From contig CAVPRW010000004.1 in assembly GCA_963707985.1 (NCBI GenBank), positions 5,793 through 69,792 of the forward strand: DNA of 64,000 bases, in the 5' to 3' direction. Shown piece by piece: positions 27,817 through 38,761 of the stretch (positions within the stretch are counted from its first letter, which is position 1; each line of letters opens with the position of its first letter). A model generated the notes under the pieces. It saw nothing but the letters and a program-made list of their open reading frames with translations, did not search any database and was not told where the DNA came from. The DNA comes from an uncultured Nitrospinota bacterium. GTDB taxonomy: Bacteria > Tectomicrobia > Entotheonellia > J063 > CAVPRW01. The position numbers and the translations under genes were made by a program.

Positions 27817-28813
27817 TCAGAATGGGGCTACGCGTTCGCCCTTGAGCTTGGGGTCGAGGACGTCTCTGAGAGCATCGCCCAGCAGATTGAAGCCGAAGAC
27901 GGCGAGACTTACCACGAGGCTGGGGAAGATCACCAACCAAGGCGAGACCTCCACATACTTTTGCCCGCTGATCGACAGCATCCCACCCCAGGATGGGACG
28001 TCTGGCGGCGTGCCCACTCCCAGGAAACTGAGCGCGGCTTCGACGACTATCGCGTACCCCAGATTGGCAGTGGCAAAGATGATATAGGGGGGGCAGCGCA
28101 GTTCGGCACCATGTGCCGGAAGATCATACGCCACGGGCCTGCTCCGGCCGCGCGTGCGGCCTGGACATAATCCATCTCTTTACTTCCAGCGTCGCCGAGC
28201 GGGTGACCCGGGCGGTGAAGTTGATCTCGAAGAAGGCCAGCGCCAGGGTGGGAAAGATCATCTGTTGGAAGTTTGTCCAAGGATCCTCCCATAAGAAGGT
28301 ATACCCCAACGGCGGAAACCAGCCAAACACACGGATGAGCACGTAGATCACGGTGAGGCCGATGACGAAAATGGGGATGCTGATGCCCGCAAACGTGAAT
28401 AATCTGGCCACGTAATCGAGCAGGGTATCCTGCTTGACCGCCGACAGCACCCCTAACGGCACAGCCAATACCACGCTGCCGAACACCGCCAGGAACGCCA
28501 GCTCAAGCGTCGGCGGAATCCGGGGCCCGAGCTCTTTCACGATCGGCGTACGGTAGTACAGCGACGTGCCTAGATCTCCATGCAGGAGTCCCCACATCCA
28601 ATTGGCGTACTGGATATAGATGGGGCAATCCGTCCCCAGCTCGTGCCGCAGATGTTGCAGGTCTTCTTGCGTGAACGTTCCATCCCCAGAAACCCCGGCT
28701 AAAATCAGCAGTGCTGGGTCGCCCGGAATGACGCGCATCAGCAGGAATACCATTAACGTCACCGTGAAGACGGCAGGGATAGAAAGCAGGAGGCGCTTGG
28801 CGATATAGAGCAC
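27817..28813 (-). pseudogene. Chimeric peptide ABC permease: DppB-type N-terminus fused at the EAA loop to a DppC-type C-terminus
   Basis: RLLLSIP..MRVIPGDPA..GDLGTS..ARVTRSATLEV (DppB), then KEMDYVQAARAAGA..RHMVPN..EAALSFLGVG..SWGGML..FNLLGDALRDVLDP (DppC); frameshifts ~28182 and ~28090 (C7 run). Confidence 0.8.
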
Positions 28814-28854
28814 AATTCGTCTCGGGTATGTGTTCAACGGTCAAAAATACGGGT

Positions 28855-28889
28855 GATGAACGTCGAACGTTGTACCTCGAACCTTGAAC
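28855..28889. repeat. Five degenerate 7-bp tandem units (GATGAAC GTCGAAC GTTGTAC CTCGAAC CTTGAAC)
   Basis: Period-7 repeat in the SBP-permease spacer. Confidence 0.6.
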
Positions 28890-28892
28890 GCC

Positions 28893-30518
28893 TTATTTCT
28901 CTATCCAGACATGTTCCCATTTCAGCATCACCTGCGCCGTGCTTGCAGGCAGGAAAGGCCCCGCTTCGGTGCGCACTTTGTCGCTCACCAGATAGCTCCA
29001 CCGCGCCCAGAAGAGCGGCACGTATGGCTCTTCGTGGGTCAGCAGAAACTTCTCCATCTGGCGCAGGGTCTGCTGGCGCTTGTCTCGATCTAACTCGCAC
29101 CGTTGTTGGTCGAGTAACTTCAGGAACGCGGGGTTTTGCCAACGCGTGAAGTTTCGCGATCCGGGGCCGTAGATCGCGGTGACGTAGTCGTCAGGATCAT
29201 CGATGTTATAGGCATAGCCCCAACTCCCCAGGTCATAGTCGCCTGAGACCCAGGTGTTCACGGCCGTAGGAGCGTCAACGAGCTTGATTTCGATCTCCAG
29301 GCCCAAGTTCCTTCGCATCTGCGCCACCCATAGCTGCGCCACATCGGGCCAATACAATATATTGGGAGCGGTCAGCACTCGCTTGCCCAATTTCGCGGGG
29401 GGATCGTAGCCAGCCTCCTTGAGCAACGCCTTGGCGGCCTCGATATCCTTCAGCTTGGGCTGGCTGTAACCGGGGAGTTTGGCCAGTTCTTCGTCGCTGC
29501 TGCCCCACCAGGCCCCAGGCGGGAATGGCGCCCCCAGCAGATAATGTCCCGAGCCAAAGGCCTTTTGCAGCTCATAGCGGTCCGTGGCGAGCCGCAGCGC
29601 CTTGATGAGGCGCAGATCCTTCCAGGGCTCGCGCTCCACATTCCCGAAGAAATGCTCCACGTTACTTGGGGGCTGCCAGTAGACGCTGTATTTCCCCTTC
29701 AAGTCCATTTCGAGCTTCAGCACGTCGTCGACCTCGAGCCCGGTGATGGCCGTCGTCAACTGGATCTTGCCTGCCTTGATGGCTGCGGCTGCCGTGCCCT
29801 TATCGTTGATGACGACGATGCTCAGTGCGTCGAGATAGGGACGCCCCTTCTTGAAATAGTTCGGGTTCTTTTCATGATGCACCGAATCACCTCGGCGTGC
29901 CGACTTGATCTTGAACGGGCCGCTGCCCACAATATTGTCCCAGATGTTGATATCTACTCCCGCTTCAATGATGTGTTTGGGGACGATTTTCATGTAGTCG
30001 ACGGCCAGCAGCTGGAGAAAAGCTGGCGCGGGAAAATTCAGCTCGATCTTGACCGTGTTACGATCGACCGGCTCAACCACTTTGATGTAGGGCCGCAGTA
30101 GTCCGACGCGAGGTCGGGGTTTTCCCGGCTCGATCATACGCTTCAGGCTAAAAACCACATCCTCGGCGGTGAGATCCTTGCCATCCCACCACTTGACATT
30201 CTCATGCAGGTAGAAGGTGTAGATGAGGCCGTCGCTCGATACCTCCCAGCGCTGCGCCAGGTCGCCCGTGATCTCGGTGGGGTTGAGTGGGTTGAACTCG
30301 ACGATCTGGTTATAGAGGGGACTGAACGCCGCCAAAGGGCCGATGGTGCCGGCGAGGTGAGGGTCCCAGACTTCGGGATAAAACACATTGAGTACCGTTG
30401 CATGCCCTCCGTACACCGGTGCCGACGCCGCTGTACTCGCCCAGAAGAGCGTCATGAGGACCATCAGGAGTGCCACCAGTCCCAGGAACACTCGCAACTT
30501 CCCTTGGCATCTCAACAT
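28893..30518 (-). CDS. Peptide/nickel ABC transporter substrate-binding protein (family 5)
   Basis: Signal peptide; GDLAQRWEVSSDGLIYTFYL, TAEDVVFS, VGSGPF, GRPYLD; RBS AGGAGG favours ATG 30518. Confidence 0.9.
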   Translation of the reverse strand: MLRCQGKLRVFLGLVALLMVLMTLFWASTAASAPVYGGHATVLNVFYPEVWDPHLAGTIGPLAAFSPLYNQIVEFNPLNPTEITGDLAQRWEVSSDGLIYTFYLHENVKWWDGKDLTAEDVVFSLKRMIEPGKPRPRVGLLRPYIKVVEPVDRNTVKIELNFPAPAFLQLLAVDYMKIVPKHIIEAGVDINIWDNIVGSGPFKIKSARRGDSVHHEKNPNYFKKGRPYLDALSIVVINDKGTAAAAIKAGKIQLTTAITGLEVDDVLKLEMDLKGKYSVYWQPPSNVEHFFGNVEREPWKDLRLIKALRLATDRYELQKAFGSGHYLLGAPFPPGAWWGSSDEELAKLPGYSQPKLKDIEAAKALLKEAGYDPPAKLGKRVLTAPNILYWPDVAQLWVAQMRRNLGLEIEIKLVDAPTAVNTWVSGDYDLGSWGYAYNIDDPDDYVTAIYGPGSRNFTRWQNPAFLKLLDQQRCELDRDKRQQTLRQMEKFLLTHEEPYVPLFWARWSYLVSDKVRTEAGPFLPASTAQVMLKWEHVWIEK

Positions 30519-30922
30519 GCTCATCCTCCTATCCGGAGAAATTCACGCGTTCACGCTCATCAGGGTCTAAAAACTTCGATTGTGATCAGTGGAGAGAGAT
30601 GACGGTACGGATAGGGGTGCCTTCCTCCCCTCAGGAGGAGCTTACAGGCGTACCAGGAGTTGCGGCCGTGTCACGAAGCGGGATGGCGTCGCCAGGTCGG
30701 TTCGGGCGGAACACCGTGAGACTGGATAGAGACAACAAACGGCATCCATTGGGCGCTTCCTAACGCATCGTCAACCCAAGCGATAGGCCTATCCTCGCAG
30801 CCCTGCAGGCGCAGCCAGCCATGCAAATGAGAGCCAAGCCACCATCGAAGTGAGCCGCTTGTCAACTCCGCTACAGGCTTGGGGTGTGCGTCAAAGTTTG
30901 ATACTGGTGGCGAATTCACGTC

Positions 30923-31423
30923 ATGCGCCTCGTAAAGGGGGGTTGGATTTGGGAGGATGGCCCCCTCGGCCGCCCTGCTGATCCACTCCCCCCAACCGCT
31001 GCCCCACTGTCAACCGCACCTTCTGTCAGAGACACGGCAGAAGCGCCACTCGCCTACACGCTGCCGTACCTTACCGAGCGGATTCTCGCCTCCCGCGCCG
31101 CCCTCGAAGACGAACGCAAGCAGGTGACCGTCCTGTTTGCTGATCTGAATGGCTGGCTCGTCCTCCAGGCCGGCTCGGTCTCGTACGGCCAGGCAACAGT
31201 CGAAGCGCGCTACGGCGCCGCCATGCCCCTGGCCGACGAGCTCGGGATGCGCCCGCTCCAGGCGCACTGTCACTGTGGCCTCGGCACCCTATACGCCACG
31301 ACTGGCCAGCCAGAGCATGCCCGTGCTGAATTATCGATCGCGATTGAGCTGTACCGCACCATGGAGATGAGCTTCTGGCTGCCCCAGGCGGAGGCGGCAC
31401 TGGCGCGGGTGGAGGGGCGGTGA
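30923..31423 (+). pseudogene. Cyclase-STAND copy 4: in-frame patchwork mini-gene
   Basis: APLAYTLPYLTERIL..ERKQVTVLFADL (cyclase start) + GWLVLQAGSVSYGQAT (post-Walker A piece) + LADELGMRPLQAHCH..FWLPQAEAALA (C-terminus) in one 166-aa ORF. Confidence 0.75.
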
Positions 31424-34061
31424 TGGACTTTTATACGGTGCTCGATCAGGTGGTCGCCCTGCTGCGCCGCCGCGGGCGGGTGTCCTATCGGGCGCTGAAG
31501 CGACAATTTGCCCTGGATGATGAGCTGCTCGCCGACCTCACGGCTGAACTGCGCTATGCGCGCTATCCGATCGTCGAGGACGATGACCAAGGCCTGGTTT
31601 GGACTGGGGAGACGGCGCCACCATCGGAGCACACTCCTCCACTGCCTCGGCCCGAAGCCGAGCACGCCCCACACTCCGACCGGCCACCGGCCGAACCGCA
31701 TGCACCAGAGGCCGAACGCCGCCAGCTCACGGTGCTGTTCTGCGACCTGGTGGACTCCACCGTACTGGCCAGTCAGCTTGACCCGGAAGAGCTCCGCGAG
31801 ATGGTGCGGGCATATCAAAGCACGTGCGCCGCTGTTATTCAGCGCTATGACGGGCATATTGCGCAGTATCTCGGCGATGGTTTGCTCGTCTACTTTGGCT
31901 ATCCCCAGGCGCACGAAGATGACGCGCAGCGGGCGGTGCGGGCTGGGCTCGGGATGGTGGAGGCCATGGGACAACTCAGTACCCGCCTGGGGCAGGAGCG
32001 AGGGGTATCCCTAGCCGTACGCCTGGACATCCATACCGGTCAGGTGGTCGTGGGCGAGATCGGAGGTGGGGCGAAGCATGAACAGTTGGCCCTCGGCGAG
32101 ACGCCTAACCTCGCCGCCCGCCTGCAAGGGATTGCGGCGCCCAATACGCTGGTGATCAGTGCCGCGACCTCACAGCTGCTCGGCGGCTTCTTTGCCTGCC
32201 AGTCGCTCGGCACCCCGCTCCTGAAAGGCTTCGCTCAGCCGCTAGAGGTCTATCAGGTGCGGTATGAGAGTATGGCTCGTAGTCGTCTGGAAGCCGCCGG
32301 CAGCTCCAGCCTGACCCCACTCGTGGGCCGGGAGCAGGAAGTAGGGCTGTTGCTGGAGCGCTGGGCGCAGGTCAAGGAGGGGCTCGGGCAAGTGGTGCTG
32401 CTCAGCGGCGAAGCCGGCATCGGCAAATCGCGTCTCGTGCAGGTACTGACGGCACAGGTGGCCACTGAGCCCCAGGCCTGGCTGACGCCGTGTCAATGTT
32501 CGCCCTACTACCAGAATACCGCGTTGTATCCCATGATCGATCTGCTGGAGCGGGTGGCGCTGCGCTTCGAGCGGGAGGAATCGTCGCCGCAGAAGCTGAA
32601 CAAACTGGAGGGATTCCTCGTGCAGTATGGCCTGCCGCTGGCCGAGACCGTGCCCCTCTTCGCCGCCCTCCTCTCCCTGCTGCGCAGGTGTTGGAGGCCC
32701 GCTTTCCCGAGCTCTGTGAGGCCCAGCCCGAGCTGCTGGCCCAGCACTACACGGCGGCAGGCTGTGTCGAGCAGGCGGTGCGCTACTGGCAGCGGGCGGG
32801 CCAACACGCCAGCGACCGCTCAGCCAATGTGGAAGCCATCAGCCACCTGAGCACAGGGATCGAGCTGCTCAAGACGCTCCCAGAGACGCCCGAGCGTATC
32901 CAGCACGCCGTGACCCTGCACATCGCCCTCGGCGCGGCATTGCAGATGGCGAAAGGGCTCGCAGCACCCGAAGTGGAGCACGCCTACACCCAGGCACGCG
33001 CGTTGTGTCAGCAGGTGGGCGAGACCCCAGAGCTTATCCCGGTCCTGTATGGTCTGTGGCGGTTTTATACCGTACGGTTGCAGTTGCACACAGCACGAGA
33101 TCTCGGCGAAACACTGTTGCGCCTGGCACAACGTGCCCACGACCCCATGCTCTCCGTCGTTGCCCACCATGCCCTCGGATGGACGAGGTTCTGTTTTGGC
33201 GCGTTGCCGGCTGCCCGCCAGCACCTGGAGGAAGGCATCGCACACTATACGCCAGACCAGCGCACGGCGTTGGCATTCCGCATGGGCCAAGACCCGGGTA
33301 TTGCCTGCCGAGCCTTGGCCGCGATGACCCTCTGGTTACTGGGGTACCCGGAGCAAGCCCTGGCCCGCCTCCATGATGCCCTGGCGTTGGCACACGCGCT
33401 GTCGCATGCCTATAGTCTGGCGTTTGCGCAGTGGTTGGCGGCCATCGTCTATCAGTTTCGCCGGGACGTGCCAGCCGCGCACGAGCAGGCAGAGGCCGCC
33501 GTCGCGCTCTCGACCGAGCAGGGATTTCCACAGTGGGCGGCCTATGGAACGAGCTTACGTGGGTGGGCGCTGGCCATGCAGGGCCAGGGTGAGGAGGGGC
33601 TGGCGCAGGTCCGCCAGGGAATCGCCGCCTGGCGGGCCACCGGGGCGGCGTTGTTGGTCCCATACTTGTATACCTTGCTGGCGGAAGTCTGTGCCCATCT
33701 GGGCCACATGGAAGATGGCCTCCGGGCGCTGGCCGAGGCCCACACCCTGGTGGAGCAGCATGAGGAACGCTGGTGGGAAGCGGAAATCTCTCGCCTCCGG
33801 GGCGTCATGCTCCTGCGGCAGCCGGGGACGCTGCCGGCGGAGGCGGAGACCTCCTTTCATCAGGCCCTGGCCGTGGCCCGCCGCCAGGAGGCCAAGTCGC
33901 TGGAGCTGCGGGCCGCCATGAGCCTCGCTCGCCTGTGGCGGCAACAAGGCAAGCGGGATGAAGCGCGCGAGCTGCTGGCACCCATCTACGCCTGGTTCAC
34001 CGAGGGCTTTGACACCGCCGACCTCCAGGAGGCGAAGGCCTTGCTCGCGGAGTTGTCGTGA
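31420..34061 (+). pseudogene. Cyclase-AAA-TPR copy 5; ~260-codon internal deletion with frameshift at 32680
   Basis: Head, cyclase and Walker A are present. LLSL is joined to AQVLEARFP, so Walker B and the helical linker present in copies 3 and 6 are missing. TPR region and C-terminus intact. Confidence 0.85.
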
Positions 34062-34069
34062 AGTCGTGT

Positions 34070-34315
34070 CTACACCAGATCACGGTCAGGCTGAACACCC
34101 TCAAGCTGCAAATCCTTGAGATCGATACCAAAGGCTTGGGCTTGCTGCTGCATGAGGGAAACAACCCTATGAAAACCCTGGACATACCCGTCGTAGAACT
34201 CCTGCGCGGCTCGATCGCTCTGCTTCTCCCGCTCCACTACCGCGGCCAGCGCATACTCCTTGATGAGTCCCCCCAGGTCAAAGAGGTAGTTTTTAACTGT
34301 ATCGTCGTCTTTCAT
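34070..34315 (-). CDS. Putative immunity protein (81 aa)
   Basis: FYDGYVQGFHRVVSLMQQQAQAFGIDLKDLQL pattern recalled from RHS/CDI immunity genes; start overlaps the upstream stop (TAATG). Confidence 0.55.
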   Translation of the reverse strand: MKDDDTVKNYLFDLGGLIKEYALAAVVEREKQSDRAAQEFYDGYVQGFHRVVSLMQQQAQAFGIDLKDLQLEGVQPDRDLV

Positions 34316-34611
34316 TACTGGATACCCCTTTCTTGCAGTATCCCCCGCATGACATCGGCCAACTCCTGGTTGCGGATCAGATCCTGCTGCCAGTGCCGTA
34401 GGAGCCCCGGCTGAGCACGAGGACTCTTCCTGACCCAATCTTGGACGAACCTCTCCGGGCTGCTCATCTTCTGCCGATGCAGCGCCGCCTGTCTCTCATA
34501 GCTCCGCAACGCCCGCTGAATTTCCTCCACGCTTTTCCCCTGGTATAGCCGCAGGAGACCTGCATGCCGCCCTCCCTGCTTGGCAACCTCATAAGCGCTC
34601 CATTCCGCCAC
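34315..34611 (-). CDS. Free-standing polymorphic-toxin-like domain (~98 aa, AYEVAKQGGRHAG...)
   Basis: RBS GGGAGG then GTG (34611; TTG 34617 alternative); the motif pattern is recalled from RHS C-terminal toxin domains. Confidence 0.55.
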   Translation of the reverse strand: MAEWSAYEVAKQGGRHAGLLRLYQGKSVEEIQRALRSYERQAALHRQKMSSPERFVQDWVRKSPRAQPGLLRHWQQDLIRNQELADVMRGILQERGIQ

Positions 34612-34669
34612 ATCCAACCTCCCCCCATCCAGAAGAGCGCCTGAGGTTGATATTCACCACTCCAGTAGA

Positions 34670-34957
34670 TCACTCCCCCGTCGTCGGTTGCCGGGCACCA
34701 ATGTTTGTGGTCGGTAAGTCGCGGCCTTCAAGTGCTGCGTAGAGATCACGTACGCCTAGCCCGAGCTCTTGCGCAAAAAATCCAAGGCTGATCTCCCCCT
34801 CCTCGAATCGCCGATAGAGTTGTTGCAGGCGATGCTCAAAGCCCAGGTCGATCAATTCGGCCAGAAACTGAGCGATCCCTTCACTGCCCTCCGCTGCCTT
34901 GCGGCGCTCCGCCGCCCGTAGAATCTCCTCCTTCACCGGCACCACGGCTCTCGGCAC
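34670..34957 (-). CDS. UPF0175-like HTH protein (putative antitoxin/regulator)
   Basis: LYRRFEEGEISLGFFAQELGLGVRDLY motif; RBS GGAGGTG. Confidence 0.65.
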   Translation of the reverse strand: MPRAVVPVKEEILRAAERRKAAEGSEGIAQFLAELIDLGFEHRLQQLYRRFEEGEISLGFFAQELGLGVRDLYAALEGRDLPTTNIGARQPTTGE

Positions 34958-35305
34958 GTTGTTTCACCTCCTGCAGGCATGCCAAATAGCAGATAGTCAA
35001 TCACAAGCACGCCTTGTACCTCAAATTTGCACGCCGTGATGAGCGGCGCCGGACCCTTCTCCCTGTCTCCGGAATGGCGATGGTGGGATGCCATCGCTCC
35101 AGAGTACATACCGCCTTCATGGTACAGGCGGTCTCCTATTCTGACAAGAGCATTGCCGTTGCTGTCAGGGTACCACTGTAATGTCGGCCCAGGGGAAATG
35201 CCGCCATGATATAATGCCGGGGCAATTCTTCCGCGAGGAGAAGAGCGTTTTGCGAGCCAAACAGTGAAGGTTGTGAGCTCTGGCCCTGGCCGGTGCGGAG
35301 GGTGG

Positions 35306-38300
35306 ATGATGGATTATGAAGCGATCCTGTCACAGATCGTCGCCCTCCTGCAGCGGGAAGGCCGCATCGCCTATCGTGTCCTCAAGCGACGGCTGCAGCT
35401 CGATGATGACCTGCTGGAAGATCTGAAGGATGATCTGATCTATGCGAAGAAGCTTGCCAGCGATGAGGAGGGGAAGGTGCTGGTGTGGGCTGGTGCACAG
35501 GCGGAACCATCACCCCCAAGCGGCTCCCCCTCGCCCGAAGCTCCCCCTCTAGAGGCCGAACGACGTCAGCTCACCGTGCTGTTTTGTGACCTGGTGGACT
35601 CGACCGAGCTGGCCAGCCAGCTCGACCCCGAAGAGTGGCGCGAGGTGGTGCGGGCCTATCAAGAGACGTGCGCCAAGGTGATTGCCCGCTATGAGGGGGA
35701 GATCGCCCAGTATCTCGGCGATGGCCTGCTGGTCTACTTCGGCTACCCCCTGGCGCACGAGGATGACGCCCGGCGGGCGGTGCGCGCCGGCCTCGGGATG
35801 GTGGAGGCCATGGGGCAACTCAATGCCCGCCTGGCGCGCGAGCACGGGGTGCAACTAGCCGTGCGTCTGGGCATCCATACGGGTCAGGTGGTCGTGGGCG
35901 AGATCGGGGGCGGGGCGAAGCATGAGCAGTTGGCCCTCGGCGAGACGCCCAATGTCGCCGCCCGCCTGCAAGGGATCGCTGCGCCCAATACGCTGGTGAT
36001 CAGTGCCGCGACGCTTCACCTGCTCAGCGGCTTCTTTGCCTGCCAGTCGCTCGGCACCCCACTCCTGAAAGGCGTCACCCAGCCGCTGGAGGTCTATCGG
36101 GTGTTGTATGAGAGTATGGCCCGCAGCCGCCTGGAAGCGGCCGGGAGCGCTAGTCTGACCCCGCTGGTGGGCCGCGAGCAGGAGGTGGCGTTACTGCGGG
36201 AGCGCTGGGCACAGGTCAAGGACGGTCTCGGAGCAAGTGGTGCTGCTCAGCGGCGAGGCGGGCATCGGCAAATCGCGCCTGGTGCAGGGGCTGACCGAAC
36301 AGGTGGCCAGCGAGCCCCAGGCTTGGCTGACCCCATGCCAATGTTCGCCCTATCATCAGAACAGCGCCTTGTATCCGCTGATCGACCTGCTGGAGCGGGT
36401 GGTGCTGCGCTTTGATCGGGACGAGCCCCCCCAGCAGAAGCTTCGCAAGCTGGAGGGGTTCGTGGTGCAGTATGGCCTGCCGCTGGCAGAGGCCGTGTTC
36501 CTCTTGGCCACCCTCCTCTCGCTCCCACTCAGCACCGACTATGCCCCACTGGCCTTCTCGCCCGAGCAGCAGAAGCAGAAGACCCTGCAAGCCCTCCTGA
36601 CGATCCTGCTGCGTATTGCCGCCCAGCAGCCCGTGCTCTTCGTCATGGAAGACCTGCATTGGATTGATCCGTCCACGCTGGAGCTACTCACCCTCCTGGT
36701 GGACCAAGGCCCCACCGCCCGCATCCTGGCGCTCTTCACCTGCCGGCCGGACTTCAGCCCGCCCTGGACGGGGCGGGCCCATCTCACCCAGATGACGCTC
36801 AACCGCTTGCCCCGACGACAGGCCGTGGAGGTGATCCGCCAGGCGGCCCACGGCAAGGTGCTACCTCCCGAGGTGGTCGAGCAGATCGTGGCCAAGACCG
36901 ATGGGGTGCCCCTGTTTGTGGAGGAATTGACCAAGATGGTGCTGGAGTCGGGACTGCTCCAGGAGCGGGACGAGCGCTATGAGCTGACCGGGCCCCTGCA
37001 CCCGCTGGCCATTCCCGCCACCCTGCACGACTCGCTGATGGCACGGCTCGATCGCTTGGCATCGGTGAAGGGCCTGGCGCAACTCGGGGCGACGCTGGGG
37101 CGCGAGTTTGCCTATGACCTGCTACAGGCCGTCGCCCCCTGTGACGAGGGCACCTTGCAACGGGGGCTGCACCAGCTGGTGGAGGCGGAGTTCCTCTACC
37201 AGCAGGGGCTGCCGCCGCAGGCGACGTACCGCTTCAAGCATGCCCTGATTCAGGATGCCGCCTATCAGTCCGTACTGCGGAGCACCCGCCAGCAGCACCA
37301 TCAGCGCATTGCCCAGGTGTTAGAGACACGGTTCCCGGAGACTGCCGAGACGCAACCAGAGCTGGTGGCGCACCACTACACCGAGGCCGGGCGCACAGAG
37401 CAGGCCATCCCTTATTGGCAGCGGGCAGGCCAGCGCGCGGTTGAGCGCTCGGCCAATCTGGAAGCGGTGGCACACCTCACGAAAGGGCTGGAGGTGCTCG
37501 CCACCCTGCCAGACACCCCCGAGCGCGCTCAGCAGGAGCTGCTCGTGCAGACCACCATGGGCCCAGCGTTGATGGCTACCAAGGGCTATGGGTCCCCTGA
37601 GGTGTTACGCACCTATGCCCGGGCGCGAGAGCTCTGCCAGCAGGTAGGGGAGACCCCGCAGCTCTTCCAGGTGCTACGGGGATTGTGGTACTTCTACCTC
37701 ATACGGCTGGAGTTACGGACAGCGCGGGAGCTGGGGGAGCAGCTCCTCACCCTGGCCCAGCATGTCGGCGACTCGGCGCTGCTCTTGGAGTCCCACTATG
37801 CCTTAGGGAACACCTTGAACTATCTGGGCGAGTTCGCCGCTGCCCGGGCATACTTGGAGCAGGGCATCGCCCTCTACGACCCCCAGCGGCACCGTGCCCA
37901 TGCCTTCCGCTACGGGCAGGACCCCGGGGTGGCTTGCCGATCCTATGCCGCCGTGACCCTGTGGTGGCTGGGCTATCCAGACCAAGCCCTGCAGAGGAGC
38001 CACGAGGCGCTGACGCTGGCCCGGGAGGTGGCACACCCCTTCAGCCTGGCATACGTTCTGTTCTTTGCCGCCCTTCTCCATCACTTCCGCCGGGAGGGGC
38101 AACTAACCCAGGAGCGGGCCGAGGAAGCAGGTCGCGCTCTCTAGCGAGCATGGGTTTCCGCAGCTGTTGGCGGGGGGAAGATTCTTCCAGGGCTGGGCGT
38201 TGGTCGAGCAGGGACAGGGAGCGGAGGGGATGGCACAGATGCATCAGGGCATGGCCGCCTGGCGGGCGACGGGGGCCGAGGTGGTTTGGCCGTATTATCT

Positions 38301-38691
38301 TGCCCTGCTGGCCGAGGCCGATGCTAAGGGGGGACAGGTCGAGGAAAGTCTGACGCTGGTGGCCGAGGCGCTGGCGGCGGCAAACAACAGGGAGGAGCGC
38401 CGCTGGGACGCCGAGCTGTATCGGCTCAAGGGCGAGCTGCTGCTGCAGGATTCGGCAGCCCACCAGGTGGAGGCGGAGGAGAGTTTGGAGCAGGCCCTCG
38501 CCGTGGCCCGCCGCCAGGAGGCCAAGTCGTTGGAGCTGCGGGCCGCCATGAGCCTCAGTCGCCTCTGGCAGCAGCAGGGCAAGCGAGCCGGAGCCCATGC
38601 GCTGTTGGCGCCGATCTACGGTTGGTTCACCGAAGGATTTGACACGGCGGATCTACGAGAGGCCAGGGCATTGCTGGAGGAGCTCGCGTAA
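35306..38691 (+). CDS. Cyclase-AAA(STAND)-TPR copy 6, full length, with frameshifts near 36230 and 38130
   Basis: Same domain order and motifs as copy 3; extended -10 TGaTATAAT at 35207-35215. Confidence 0.88.
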
Positions 38692-38761
38692 AGGTCTGTT
38701 CCATCGCTAGTCATGGGCCGGCACAGCCGTTAACGTTGAACCCTTTCGGAGGAGGGTGGTA

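Noticed and set aside
30760-30850. Possible PIN-domain remnant (VNPSDRPILAALQAQP)
   Set aside because: Too short and degenerate to support.
18217-38691. Canonical Pycsar or CBASS operon
   Set aside because: Cyclases are fused to STAND-TPR; no adjacent cNMP-binding transmembrane or TIR effector and no CD-NTase motif recognised.
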